Assembly (NCBI GenBank): GCA_036479435.1
Contig: JAZGFI010000197.1
Span: forward strand, 1 to 50,728
Direction: 5' to 3'
DNA from: Planctomycetota bacterium
GTDB taxonomy: Bacteria; Planctomycetota; GCA-002687715; DRQF01
Length of the DNA: 50,728 nt
Shown: in pieces, positions 36,014 through 45,038 of the stretch
How positions within the stretch are numbered: position 1 is the stretch's first letter
Layout: each line of letters begins with the position of its first letter
The notes under the pieces: model-generated
The model's database searches: none
The model's input: only the letters and a program-made list of their open reading frames with translations
Told to the model about the DNA's origin: nothing
Position numbers and translations under genes: made by a program

Positions 36014-36525
36014 ACGCGCTAAACGACTGGGCGAGGCGCCACGCCATAAGCCCGACGGCTTGGGCAGAACTGAGGGCACTACTCGACGAAGCGCCAGCGC
36101 TCGTTGCGCCGCATCCAGGTGATAAGAGCGAGGGGGCGTCGCAGTCGGAGATACGCCTAGACGCCCCGCGCGTAGGCTGCGCACTGTGGCGTAACAATGT
36201 GGGCGTCGCGTTCGATCGCGACATGGTGCCGATCCGGTTCGGGCTGGCGAACGATAGCAAGCGGCTGAACGAGAACGTCAAGTCGAGCGATCTGATAGGC
36301 GTCTGCCCTGTGGTGATCACACAGTGGCACATCGGACGCACGTTGGGTGTGTTCACCGCTGTCGAGTGCAAGCGGCTTGACTGGCGGTGGCATGCTACGA
36401 AGCGGGAAACAGCGCAGCAGCGTTTCCACAATATCGTGCGCGCGGCCGGGGGTTACGCAGGCTTCGCCCGCAGTGCCCGCGAGTTTCGCGACATCATCAC
36501 ACCTAACGCGGTGAGTGTCGGATGA
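36010..36525 (+). CDS. VRR-NUC domain nuclease
   Basis: SE...Q, LWRNNVG, RFGLAN, SSDLIG, AVECK, Q..F. Confidence 0.88.
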   Translation: MNALNDWARRHAISPTAWAELRALLDEAPALVAPHPGDKSEGASQSEIRLDAPRVGCALWRNNVGVAFDRDMVPIRFGLANDSKRLNENVKSSDLIGVCPVVITQWHIGRTLGVFTAVECKRLDWRWHATKRETAQQRFHNIVRAAGGYAGFARSAREFRDIITPNAVSVG

Positions 36526-38900
36526 TCCCCGACGAGCTACCGCCCGCGCTTGCCGCATTCGCCGCATACCCACAGTTCATCGTTTGGAAGTTTGTACCGC
36601 AGCCCGAGGGTGTCAAAGACAAGAAAGTTCCAATCGATCCAGGCACGGGTGCTGCGTGCAACCCACACGACGCGTCGAACCAGTTCACGTTCAATGACGC
36701 GCGGGACAACGCGCGGTCGCTCGGGTTGAACGTTGGGTTCGCCTTCAACGCCGTTGACCCGTTTTTCTTTGTCGATGTGGACAACGCGTTGCGTGACGGG
36801 CAGTGGTCCGATGTGGCCCAGTGGGTGTTCGCCTCGTTCCCGGGCGCCGCGTTCGAGGTGTCGGCCTCGGGTAAGGGTTTTCATCTGTTCGGTCGGTACG
36901 AGGGGGCATTCCCCGAGCACGGCAAGCGACGCGACGACATCGGGCTGGAGTTCTACGATACGGTGCGGTTCGTCGCATTCACATTCGACTCGATGCAGGG
37001 CGACGGGAACTTACCGTTCAACGGGTACGTTGAGCAATTCACCGCGGCTGCGTTCCCCCCAAAACCCACTGCCGAGCTCGGTGAGTGGGTGGAGGCCGGG
37101 CCGGTGCCGGCCGCCCGTCCTATCACAGACGACTCGAAGCTAATCGCACGGATGTGCGCGCCGACGCTGCGACTCGGGAACAAGGCGCAGTTTGCAGACT
37201 TCTGGAGTGCCGACGTGGATCGGCTGGCCGCGGCGTTCCCCCGGCAGTCCGAAGAGAAGGAATTCGACGGGCAGTCGGCCGATCTGTCGATGGCCTCGAT
37301 ACTCGCGTTCTGGACCGGAAAGGATCTCGCGCGCATTGAACGGCTCATGCGTGCCTCAGGTTTCTACGCGCTCCGCGCGTGGAAGTGGGACCCGCGGCCC
37401 GACTACCTGCAAAAAACTATCCTGATGGCGTGCGCGAGTTGCACAGGGGTGTACGGGGCAGAGTCCGCGCCGACTGCAGCCGAGGCCGCGCCGCGAGTCG
37501 CCGCACCCACGGTTGGGTACGCGCTCATTGCGGCCGATCGGTTCCCAGAGTTCTTCTCCGGCTGCACGTACGTGATCGGCCGCAACCGTGTGCTGATGCC
37601 GAACGGTGAGTTTCTTGGTAGCGAAGCGTTCCGCGCGCATATGGGCGGGCGGAAATTCGCGATGGAAATGGATTGCTCAGATGACACAGACAACGCGTAC
37701 AAGGCGTTCACCGAGTCAAGAGCGTGGCCCACGGCGCGGCCGCAAGTGTGGTCGACAACGTTTAAACCGCAGGACCCGCCGGGCTCGAGGTACAACGCGC
37801 GAGGTGAGATTGATCTCACCGGTACAGGCGCCGTAAACACATATGTGACGCCGCTCGATGTCGTCAGTACCCCCGGTGACGTGACGCCCTTCCTTGACTT
37901 ACTGTCCCGGCAGCTCCCCGATGCGCGCGACTTCCAAATACTCCTATCGTGGATGGCTGCGATCATTCAGTACCCGGGGTGTAAATTCCAGTGGGCCCCC
38001 GTGATGCAGGGCGTACCGGGAAACGGCAAAACCTTCTTAGCCGTGATGCTCGCGCGGGCTGTCGGTGCACAGTACGTGCACACGCCGAACTCAGGGGACC
38101 TCGACAACAAATTTAACGCGTGGATCGAAAGCAAAATACTGATCATCGCTGATGATGGCGACATGAAAAAACAAGGCATCATAGAGCGGCTAACCCCTAT
38201 GATCACGAACCCGCGGATCGAAATCCAAGGCAAAGGCGGAAACCAATACACGGGGGAGAACTGTGCAAACTTTATTTTTATCATGAATGACAAGGACATG
38301 ATACGCAAGACACGCGACGACCGGCGGTTCGCGATCTTCCACACTGCACAGCAGTCTACCGACGATTTAATCCGTGACGGAATGGACGCGGCCTACTTCG
38401 TGCAGCTCGATCGGTGGTTTAAGGCGGGTGGCTTCGCGCACATCACCCACTACCTGCAGAACTACCAGATAGCCGAGGAGTTCAACCCGACCACACTTGC
38501 GCAGCGTGCACCGATGACCAGCTCGACACAGTCTGCTATCGAGGAGAGCCGCAACACGCTCGAGCAGACCATCCAAGAGGCGATCGAGCAGGGCGCCCGG
38601 GGCTTTATGGGCGGATGGGTGTCGAGCAAGTGGCTCAGCCTGCGACTCGAGCGGCACAAGCGTAGCGGGCCCAGGGCTAACGCAAAGGCGCTCAAGGCCG
38701 TCGGATACGTGCCGCACCCCTCATTACACGGAGGGCGGTCACCGGTGGCCATTGCTTGCGACGAGGGGACAAAGTCGCGACTCTACGTCAAGGCGGATTC
38801 GATCCAGTCCAATATCGACGGGCCGCAAGTGGTCGAGGCCTACATTCGAGCGCAGAACGCAACGGCGCCAGCGACGGGGAGCGCACTCCATGGATCTTGA
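36522..38900 (+). CDS. Primase-polymerase fused to a DUF5906/SF3-like helicase
   Basis: KVPIDP, VDVD, EVSASGKGFH, QSADLSM...LAFWTG, GVPGNGKT, DDRRF. Confidence 0.9.
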   Translation: MIPDELPPALAAFAAYPQFIVWKFVPQPEGVKDKKVPIDPGTGAACNPHDASNQFTFNDARDNARSLGLNVGFAFNAVDPFFFVDVDNALRDGQWSDVAQWVFASFPGAAFEVSASGKGFHLFGRYEGAFPEHGKRRDDIGLEFYDTVRFVAFTFDSMQGDGNLPFNGYVEQFTAAAFPPKPTAELGEWVEAGPVPAARPITDDSKLIARMCAPTLRLGNKAQFADFWSADVDRLAAAFPRQSEEKEFDGQSADLSMASILAFWTGKDLARIERLMRASGFYALRAWKWDPRPDYLQKTILMACASCTGVYGAESAPTAAEAAPRVAAPTVGYALIAADRFPEFFSGCTYVIGRNRVLMPNGEFLGSEAFRAHMGGRKFAMEMDCSDDTDNAYKAFTESRAWPTARPQVWSTTFKPQDPPGSRYNARGEIDLTGTGAVNTYVTPLDVVSTPGDVTPFLDLLSRQLPDARDFQILLSWMAAIIQYPGCKFQWAPVMQGVPGNGKTFLAVMLARAVGAQYVHTPNSGDLDNKFNAWIESKILIIADDGDMKKQGIIERLTPMITNPRIEIQGKGGNQYTGENCANFIFIMNDKDMIRKTRDDRRFAIFHTAQQSTDDLIRDGMDAAYFVQLDRWFKAGGFAHITHYLQNYQIAEEFNPTTLAQRAPMTSSTQSAIEESRNTLEQTIQEAIEQGARGFMGGWVSSKWLSLRLERHKRSGPRANAKALKAVGYVPHPSLHGGRSPVAIACDEGTKSRLYVKADSIQSNIDGPQVVEAYIRAQNATAPATGSALHGS

Positions 38901-39363
38901 GCTTTGGAGGTACAACGGGGGGACTGACGCAACACTCGGGTTCCTAATGGTTGCGCGCGTAGCTTCGTGGCAGTTCGCGTGCTTTACGTGTGAGGACGAG
39001 CACCGTGCACAGAAGGTGCACGGGGAGACGCGCATTCCGGCCGGCCGGTATCAGATCAAGCTACGGACCGAGGGAGGCAGGCACGCACGCTACAAGACAG
39101 CGTTCCCGCTGAGCCACGTCGGCATGCTGTGGCTGCAAGACGTGCCGGGCTTCGAGTGGGTCTATATCCACATTGGGAACGACGACGACGATACGCTCGG
39201 GTGCATCCTAGTCGGTGAGGATCGGAACGAGACGCTGCGGAACGTCCAGCGGTCTCGGACGGCCTACAGCAGGATCTATCGGGAGATTGCCGCGGCGGTT
39301 GAGCGGGAAGGCGTGTGGATCACGGTGCGCGATCTGGACCGGCCGCAGCTGCCTCACCCGTAG
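38890..39363 (+). CDS. DUF5675-like protein (candidate lysin)
   Basis: T.G.L...CFTCED...ETRIPAGRY...VPGFEWVYIHIGN...DTLGCILVG. Confidence 0.8.
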   Translation: MDLELWRYNGGTDATLGFLMVARVASWQFACFTCEDEHRAQKVHGETRIPAGRYQIKLRTEGGRHARYKTAFPLSHVGMLWLQDVPGFEWVYIHIGNDDDDTLGCILVGEDRNETLRNVQRSRTAYSRIYREIAAAVEREGVWITVRDLDRPQLPHP

Positions 39364-39371
39364 ACACACAA

Positions 39372-39421
39372 TAGCCCCCGGCGCGCACAGGGTGGATAAG
39401 GGGAGCGCGCGTCGGGGGCTA
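39372..39421. terminator. GC-rich hairpin between convergent operons
   Basis: 15-bp stem 39372-39386/39407-39421 (one G-U on the + strand); no U-tract. Confidence 0.55.
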
Positions 39422-39423
39422 CC

Positions 39424-39645
39424 TTACGGGGATGTGTGTAGCCGCTTTCTTACCATTTCGTGCAGCTCTCCGCCTCGGGAACGGTGGTATTTCTCGCACC
39501 GCTTGGTGAGTGCCGCGCTTTCATCGTCGGTCAAGAACACTACGATTCGGTTCAACCGTAGTCCGTCCGTGGTGTTCCCTACACCGCGGTTGGCCGGTAC
39601 GTGGCCTTTCGGCCGCCCTACCCGGCCCTTTTTCTTTGCTGCCAT
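39424..39645 (-). CDS. Small basic DNA-binding-like protein
   Basis: GRPKG AT-hook-like motif and an RHH-like IVVFLTDDE segment. Confidence 0.6.
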   Translation of the reverse strand: MAAKKKGRVGRPKGHVPANRGVGNTTDGLRLNRIVVFLTDDESAALTKRCEKYHRSRGGELHEMVRKRLHTSP

Positions 39646-39694
39646 CTGCTGCCCTCTCTATGGGTGTCGCTGGGTTTAGGTTTGGTTCCGGGGT

Positions 39695-39961
39695 TTATCC
39701 GGCGGGCTCCACATTCTCTGGGAACCCCTTGACGTCCATCGGATTGGACTGCACCAGCTCGAGCCGCAGGATGTCGAAGCACCGATCTACTGACCGGCCG
39801 TCGTGCACCTCTGTTTGCGACGCTAGCCAGATCGTGTCACAGCCCGTCAGGTGTCGACTGTGCGTCGTGACGATGCCCTCGAATCCGGTGATCTCATCTT
39901 TGGCGAGGTCGCCGATCTGCAATTCGCTGCCGGGTATGTGTAGCTTCGTTCTCGTGTACAT
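39695..39961 (-). CDS. Hypothetical phage protein
   Basis: IGDLAKDEITGFEGIVT...LTGCD; RBS GAGGA. Confidence 0.75.
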   Translation of the reverse strand: MYTRTKLHIPGSELQIGDLAKDEITGFEGIVTTHSRHLTGCDTIWLASQTEVHDGRSVDRCFDILRLELVQSNPMDVKGFPENVEPAG

Positions 39962-40003
39962 GTCTTTCCTCTCTTGGGTTTCGCGCCCGCCGGTATGGCG
40001 GCG

Positions 40004-40342
40004 CTAGGAGCCTACGTAGTCGTTACGCCGGATGAGCTGCACGAGCGTCCGGGGGATTGCCGCCTCATCGATCAGGACTCGGACGTTCCGATGGACACCC
40101 CAGTACGCACCCTCCGAGTGAAGGCTTCGGAACCGGATATCAAGATCGTCTTCGAGGATCATCACGTGCATGTGCTCATCTGGATCGATCAGTACCCGAC
40201 GGTGCTGGCCAAGCTTACCCTCCAGGTCGATCAGACGGTCGAGAAGGCGCTTACAGTGGTGCTGACTCGCCCCGATGATCAGAACGCTCGTGCACCGGGG
40301 TTGTTGCAGCGCCGTCTTGAGCATCGCGTCTGTCTTACCCAT
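40004..40342 (-). CDS. Hypothetical protein with degenerate P-loop-like motifs
   Basis: MGKT...VLIDEA. Confidence 0.5.
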   Translation of the reverse strand: MGKTDAMLKTALQQPRCTSVLIIGASQHHCKRLLDRLIDLEGKLGQHRRVLIDPDEHMHVMILEDDLDIRFRSLHSEGAYWGVHRNVRVLIDEAAIPRTLVQLIRRNDYVGS

Positions 40343-40598
40343 GACACTCCACCGTGTGCCCCAAGGCCACTAGGACCCGGGCTAGCTGCCCGTCGTTGCC
40401 GATGATGAAATGGTATGGGGGCTCGATCTCGTCGAGGGTGTCTTCGAGTAGCCTACAGATCCGTTTCGCCAAGCCCGGCGCTTCGCTCGTTTGGATGTCG
40501 GATAAGCTGTCCGTATTGTGTATTAGGTGTAGCACCGACGCTTCGAGTGCAGCCGTGACGAATGCTTTGACAGCGGGGGACACGTCTGCACTACTCAT
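40335..40598 (-). CDS. Hypothetical protein
   Basis: RBS GGAGG; coupled ORF. Confidence 0.6.
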   Translation of the reverse strand: MSSADVSPAVKAFVTAALEASVLHLIHNTDSLSDIQTSEAPGLAKRICRLLEDTLDEIEPPYHFIIGNDGQLARVLVALGHTVECHG

Positions 40599-41026
40599 GG
40601 TGTCCCTCCTGGGCTCGACGTTTCGGTTCTGAGATCCTCCCCGCGCTCGAAGGCGTCGGCCATCTTGTGGTAGGTGGCGGCGAGTTCTCGCATGGCGTCA
40701 GGGCAGACGGATCGGCCTGCAGAAAGCCCCGACGCATGCGCGTCCAGATCGACCGCAGCCTGGCGTAGCGCTGTGATGGCGTTGGGGAACTTGGCTAGGG
40801 CGCGGCCTACGGCATGTTTTGTCGAGCTTGCGATCCCCCGCCCCGATGCATCGAGGATCAAACAGGAGTCAGTATCGAAGCGCCACGGTGCGGGCGGCAG
40901 CTTCTCTCGGTTGCTGGGCTGCTGCTCGTTCAGCAGGGTTTCGATGACCTCGCGGCTTACGTGCGTCGAGTTCTCGGCGCTTAGCATCCTGCGTACCGCC
41001 TCTGCGGCTAGCTCTCGGTTATTCAT
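40595..41026 (-). CDS. Hypothetical protein, paralogue B
   Basis: MNNRELA...LNEQQPSN...LPPAPW; RBS GAGGAG. Confidence 0.7.
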   Translation of the reverse strand: MNNRELAAEAVRRMLSAENSTHVSREVIETLLNEQQPSNREKLPPAPWRFDTDSCLILDASGRGIASSTKHAVGRALAKFPNAITALRQAAVDLDAHASGLSAGRSVCPDAMRELAATYHKMADAFERGEDLRTETSSPGGTP

Positions 41027-41438
41027 GGTGGGGCTCCTCGCCGCGCTCGATCGAATCGGCGAGGGCGCGATGGGTGGTGGCGAGATCACGGAAAGGGTCT
41101 CCGGAGTTACGGCTCACGCACGCGATCGCGGCGGCGTCCAGGTCTGCCGCCGCTTCCCGCAGCTCTGCGAGTGCCTCCGGCAACCGTGCGACGGTGTGTG
41201 CGGTGCGCTCCGTTAGGACATGTGCGACGACACCTTGCTTTGAGTGCACTGTATGCCAGCCGTGCCGATCACCTGGCCACAGCGACACCAACCAAGGGGC
41301 AGGTGGTAGTGTGGGCGGTGCTTGGTTGCTCGGTTGCTGCTCGTTCAGCACCGCTTCGACGATACATGCGGCCCCTTTCGCTTGGCCCGGGTGCATCAAC
41401 TTCTTGACGATCGCTTTGGCTAGCTCTCGGTTATTCAT
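41019..41438 (-). CDS. Hypothetical protein, paralogue A
   Basis: MNNRELA...LNEQQPSN...LPPAPW; RBS AAGGAG. Confidence 0.7.
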   Translation of the reverse strand: MNNRELAKAIVKKLMHPGQAKGAACIVEAVLNEQQPSNQAPPTLPPAPWLVSLWPGDRHGWHTVHSKQGVVAHVLTERTAHTVARLPEALAELREAAADLDAAAIACVSRNSGDPFRDLATTHRALADSIERGEEPHHE

Positions 41439-41631
41439 GGGGCTCCTTATTGGGTTCAATGCGTGTTGTCTGTCCGTTCGTGTCGATCCAAAGCAACCCA
41501 GCGTGATCCCACACATCCTCTTTGCAGATCATCCCGCAGTCGCCGCAGTGGTAGACGTTGAAAGCCCAATTGCCGCCGGGGTTATCGTCAGCGATCACCA
41601 GCGTCATGTCGGAACCGCACGTACACCGCAT
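41431..41631 (-). CDS. Small Zn-ribbon protein
   Basis: CTCG...CGDCG; RBS AAGGAG. Confidence 0.7.
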   Translation of the reverse strand: MRCTCGSDMTLVIADDNPGGNWAFNVYHCGDCGMICKEDVWDHAGLLWIDTNGQTTRIEPNKEPHE

Positions 41632-41643
41632 CTGTAGGGCTCC

Positions 41644-41742
41644 TTAGTAGGCGTCGTACAGATACAGCGCGGACCATACCGCTACAGCACTGACGACGAG
41701 GCATAGCAGTGTCATGAGGATGTCTAGCCGTCGGTCCTTCAT
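41644..41742 (-). CDS. 32-aa membrane peptide
   Basis: Read manually: MKDRRLDILMTLLCLVVSAVAVWSALYLYDAY; RBS GGAG. Confidence 0.45.
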   Translation of the reverse strand: MKDRRLDILMTLLCLVVSAVAVWSALYLYDAY

Positions 41743-41900
41743 CGGTTCTCCAATTCAGCCGCAGCCGTGTCGTACTCTCTGGCACCGGCGGGCATGCCGC
41801 ACTCGCGGAGCCGTACCGCTGCGTCCTGTATCGCAGCCACAGCTAGCTCGGGCGTCACGTGCAGCTGCAGATAGTGCTCGATGATCTCTTCGGCACTCAT
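41739..41900 (-). CDS. 53-aa hypothetical protein
   Basis: Read manually: MSAEEIIEHYLQLH...; coupled on both sides. Confidence 0.5.
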   Translation of the reverse strand: MSAEEIIEHYLQLHVTPELAVAAIQDAAVRLRECGMPAGAREYDTAAAELENR

Positions 41901-42490
41901 CACGGCTGCTCGCTCAGGTATTCACGGAGTTTCGCCAACTGCCATTCTTGTTCGGCGTCCCCGGCGGCGGCCCTGGCGGCGTCCCCGGCGGCGTCCCCGG
42001 CGGCGTCCCTGGCGGCGGCCCCGGCGGCGGCCCTGGCGGCGACCCAGGCGGCGGCCCCGGCGGCGACCCAGGCGGCGTCCCCGGCGGCGACCCAGGCGGC
42101 GTCCCCGGCGGCGTCCCTGGCGGGGACCCAGGCGGCGTCCCCGGCGGCGTCCCCGGCGGCGTCCCCGGCGGCGTCTAGCTCCTCTGCGCTAGCTGCACCC
42201 TCGGCGAATCGTCGCACGACATCAAGCGTCGCCTTCGGCGTCCAGTCGCACCCATCGGGAGCCACCCACAAGTGAGCGACGTGCTCTGCGAAGTCTGCCG
42301 CGAGCAGCCGTACCTCACGTTCGGGGATCACTTCAGGGCGCAGCAAAACCCAAAATCGATCCGACATCAGTATGTCTAGGTCGAGCACCTCTAGCGGCGT
42401 CATGCTTTCTTGGCCGGCTACGATCACGTCAATCTCTTCCGTGGTGTAGCAAGGTTCCCAGCTGTTGAGCTGTGCTCTTGTGATATCCAT
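41900..42490 (-). CDS. Protein with AA(G/R/W)(D/V/A) tetrapeptide repeats
   Basis: RLLAADFAEHV...RRFAEG.AS.EEL followed by repeats; RBS AGGAG. Confidence 0.8.
   Translation of the reverse strand: MDITRAQLNSWEPCYTTEEIDVIVAGQESMTPLEVLDLDILMSDRFWVLLRPEVIPEREVRLLAADFAEHVAHLWVAPDGCDWTPKATLDVVRRFAEGAASAEELDAAGDAAGDAAGDAAWVPARDAAGDAAWVAAGDAAWVAAGAAAWVAARAAAGAAARDAAGDAAGDAARAAAGDAEQEWQLAKLREYLSEQP
41953..42175. repeat. Degenerate 12-nt tandem repeat (GGCGGCGTCCCC-like)
   Basis: Directly visible; encodes the tetrapeptide repeats. Confidence 0.9.
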
Positions 42491-42501
42491 TTGTCAGTCT
42501 C

Positions 42502-42723
42502 CTAAGGCGTCTCGATGCCGAATGCATCGCAGAGTTGCGCAACGCAGCGTTCGATTTCGGCTCGTGCGTGTGGGTTGGTCTCGTTGGTGACGTTGTGATG
42601 CCAGCGGTGCGCTAGTGCGGTGGCTTTCTGCTCTACGATCTCGTTCGCGTGCTCGTAGGCTACCGCCGCGGTCGTCTCGCACGAGCGGTCGTTAAAGGCT
42701 ACTGCGTCGCGTAGTTCTTTCAT
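42502..42723 (-). CDS. Hypothetical protein
   Basis: RBS AAGGAG; first gene after promoter copy 2. Confidence 0.65.
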   Translation of the reverse strand: MKELRDAVAFNDRSCETTAAVAYEHANEIVEQKATALAHRWHHNVTNETNPHARAEIERCVAQLCDAFGIETP

Positions 42724-42750
42724 CGGTGGGGCTCCTTGTGAGTGGCAGGG

Positions 42751-42796
42751 CTATAATACCCGTATCGGACAGAGGTGCAAGAACTTTATCGATTAT
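42751..42796 (-). promoter_or_regulatory. Putative early promoter, copy 2
   Basis: 45/46 identical to 27133-27178. Confidence 0.75.
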
Positions 42797-42818
42797 CTCA
42801 CGCAGGTGTGCCCCGCTC

Positions 42819-43544
42819 TCACTCCTCGATCCCCGTCTCACCGCCCCAGTCGAGCACTTGCCCGACGAGCTCGTGCAGGCTGCGAGGCTCGCTCAGATCC
42901 CGCGCGCCGTCGTCGCTGTCCTGGGGACTCTCGGGCACCCCGAGACCGCAGTCGTGGTCCGCGTGAGTGGCCTCGGTGGGCAACCGATCGAGTCGCCGGC
43001 CCGTTCGTGCGTGCCACTCGGTGAACGTCTCCTGGGGTGGCTCAGGGCCTGGGAACGCGTCGGGCTCGTCCAGTAGCAGCGGGTGGTCTGTGGGCCCCCC
43101 GCTCGGCCCCACCACAGCTACGCCGGGCGTGCCGCCTACGCCGGCACGCATGCGCTCCGCGGTCTCTTCGCTGCCACACATGACGAGAAAACCGCCCGTC
43201 ACACCGCAATCCTCACGCAACACCCGGGCCGCCTCCATGATGTCTGCGGCCAGCATGGCGGACGTCGCTCCGATGCGGTGCCCGCGTTCGGGCATCGGGC
43301 CGCGAGGTTGCAGCCGCCATGCGGCGGCCGTGCGTTCGCGGAAATCGCTGTCGCACTCACCGGGGGCGTGACGTAGCCCGAGTTCGATGGCCCACCGCTC
43401 GAGTTCGATATAACTCGTCGCCTGCGCGAGATCCGCCGCGCTCGCGGTGTACGAGACACAAGCGAGATCGATGCACTGCGGGCAGAAAGCGCCGGTCGCG
43501 CCGGCAGCCGGGTAGGGACAGGCGCGTGTCATGCAGTCAGCCAC
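42819..43544 (-). CDS. Hypothetical protein
   Basis: Coupled ORF; Cys-rich N-terminus. Confidence 0.5.
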   Translation of the reverse strand: MADCMTRACPYPAAGATGAFCPQCIDLACVSYTASAADLAQATSYIELERWAIELGLRHAPGECDSDFRERTAAAWRLQPRGPMPERGHRIGATSAMLAADIMEAARVLREDCGVTGGFLVMCGSEETAERMRAGVGGTPGVAVVGPSGGPTDHPLLLDEPDAFPGPEPPQETFTEWHARTGRRLDRLPTEATHADHDCGLGVPESPQDSDDGARDLSEPRSLHELVGQVLDWGGETGIEE

Positions 43545-43849
43545 TACGAGTCCAGTTGATAGAGGATCGGGCCGCTGCGGGCCTTCTCGACCGCCTCGTC
43601 CATCAGCTCATCAACCCGCTCGGCCGAGAGCCCCGCTTGACGAGTACGGATGATCTGGTAGCGCTCCCACGCCAGCGCACACTGTGTGAACCGGTCGAGC
43701 GGCACGGCTACGCTGATCTCTTCGGGCGCGTCCATTGCCAGATAGTGCTTTGCGAGTAGTGCGGCCAGCTGCAGGGTGTCTGCGGGGTCGGCTGCATCCG
43801 GATACTCGAGCATGGCCTTAAGGGCTAGGGCTATCTGCTTGGTGCTCAT
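43544..43849 (-). CDS. Hypothetical protein
   Basis: RBS GGAG; ATGA overlap. Confidence 0.6.
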   Translation of the reverse strand: MSTKQIALALKAMLEYPDAADPADTLQLAALLAKHYLAMDAPEEISVAVPLDRFTQCALAWERYQIIRTRQAGLSAERVDELMDEAVEKARSGPILYQLDS

Positions 43850-44484
43850 CGGGTTATCTCCGTGTCGGTGGTAGCTTCAGCCAGTCGGCGGGTGCGCACT
43901 CGCTCGAATTGCCGGCGAAAGCGAGTCCGCTCGCTCCGTGTCGGCAGGTCAGCCTCGAACTGATCGGCGAGCGCGGCGAACGACTCGTTCTCGAATACGC
44001 TGGCTGGTAACTGCTCGATCAGGGGTTCGAGCTCGTCTAGTAGGGTTCGTTTGCTAGTCATTGCTGTGTGCCTCTCATTCTCACGTATCAGTGCAACGTT
44101 AGCCGCAACGAGCGCAGCCACACACTCTTGGGCGCTAGGGTGTGGGCAGTCGCCCGTGCCACACCCGGTCCACGTTTCGTCTACGGCGAGGGCGGCGGTT
44201 AGCTGCGCCTGTAGCGACGTGGCTTGCGATCGGTAATCCTCGGCCGACCCTTTCAAATGTTCGAAGTCTTCTTGCAGTCTTGAGTACGAGATGCGGAGGC
44301 ACCTAACAACCTCTAGATTTTGGCCGATCCAGTTCAGCAGATGCTGGGCCGTCGATAGGCCGGGTGTGCCGGTGGCGCGTAGTGCCGTCGCTAGCTCACG
44401 CTGCAGCCGTTCGATTGCCTGCCTGTCGGCGGCCCGTCCGGTCTGTAGCCGCTCGATCTCGGCGCGGGGAAATGTGACTACCAT
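43846..44484 (-). CDS. Coiled-coil hypothetical protein
   Basis: RBS GAGG; helical, with CGTGDCPH motif. Confidence 0.6.
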   Translation of the reverse strand: MVVTFPRAEIERLQTGRAADRQAIERLQRELATALRATGTPGLSTAQHLLNWIGQNLEVVRCLRISYSRLQEDFEHLKGSAEDYRSQATSLQAQLTAALAVDETWTGCGTGDCPHPSAQECVAALVAANVALIRENERHTAMTSKRTLLDELEPLIEQLPASVFENESFAALADQFEADLPTRSERTRFRRQFERVRTRRLAEATTDTEITR

Positions 44485-44496
44485 TGTGCCACCTCT

Positions 44497-45033
44497 CTAG
44501 ATGTGCAAATCGCATCCGACCGCCCAGCATTGGCCGGCCTTGTCGAGCATTTCCACGAACTGCTCACGCCACTCTCCCTCGCCTTTCTCATCGCTCGAGG
44601 TGCCAAACCAGCCCATCTCTCCTCGCTGGTTCCACCCTCCGCCGAGGTCTACGGCCGCGAAGGGGAGCCTCTTGTCGCCCTGGTGAACGAGCTTCTTCAG
44701 GGTCTCGGCGTCAATGATGTTGTTGGCAACCTCGTGGTGTTCAGCTCCGAAGTTGAACCCCGGCCGATGATCCCCCTGAAGCCAGCCGTCCCAGCGGCCA
44801 CCCACCACCCACCAGTCCCACTGGGATTTCGGGTTGTAGGTGAGAACGCCGACCCCCTCGCACCAGCACTCTGGGTCGTCGCCGCCTTGCTCGCTCGACT
44901 TACAAACGCAGTCATACGGCGGAACCTCTAGATTTTCGTCATAGAGCGCAAGCGACTTTTCGATGTGAGCCTCGATTGCTGGATAGTTCTCCAGCTCGCG
45001 AGGTACCAGCACTACGCATGAGAAATGTGACAT
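44497..45033 (-). CDS. Conserved-looking phage protein
   Basis: MSHFSCVV...YNPKSQWDWWVVGGRW...GEMGWFG...CDLHI. Confidence 0.8.
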   Translation of the reverse strand: MSHFSCVVLVPRELENYPAIEAHIEKSLALYDENLEVPPYDCVCKSSEQGGDDPECWCEGVGVLTYNPKSQWDWWVVGGRWDGWLQGDHRPGFNFGAEHHEVANNIIDAETLKKLVHQGDKRLPFAAVDLGGGWNQRGEMGWFGTSSDEKGEGEWREQFVEMLDKAGQCWAVGCDLHI

Positions 45034-45038
45034 TGCAC

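Noticed and set aside
41859..42275. + strand repetitive ORFs (PRRR, GGVP, AASP repeats)
   Set aside because: Alternative readings of the 12-nt tandem repeat; the - strand ORF has the RBS and fits the operon.
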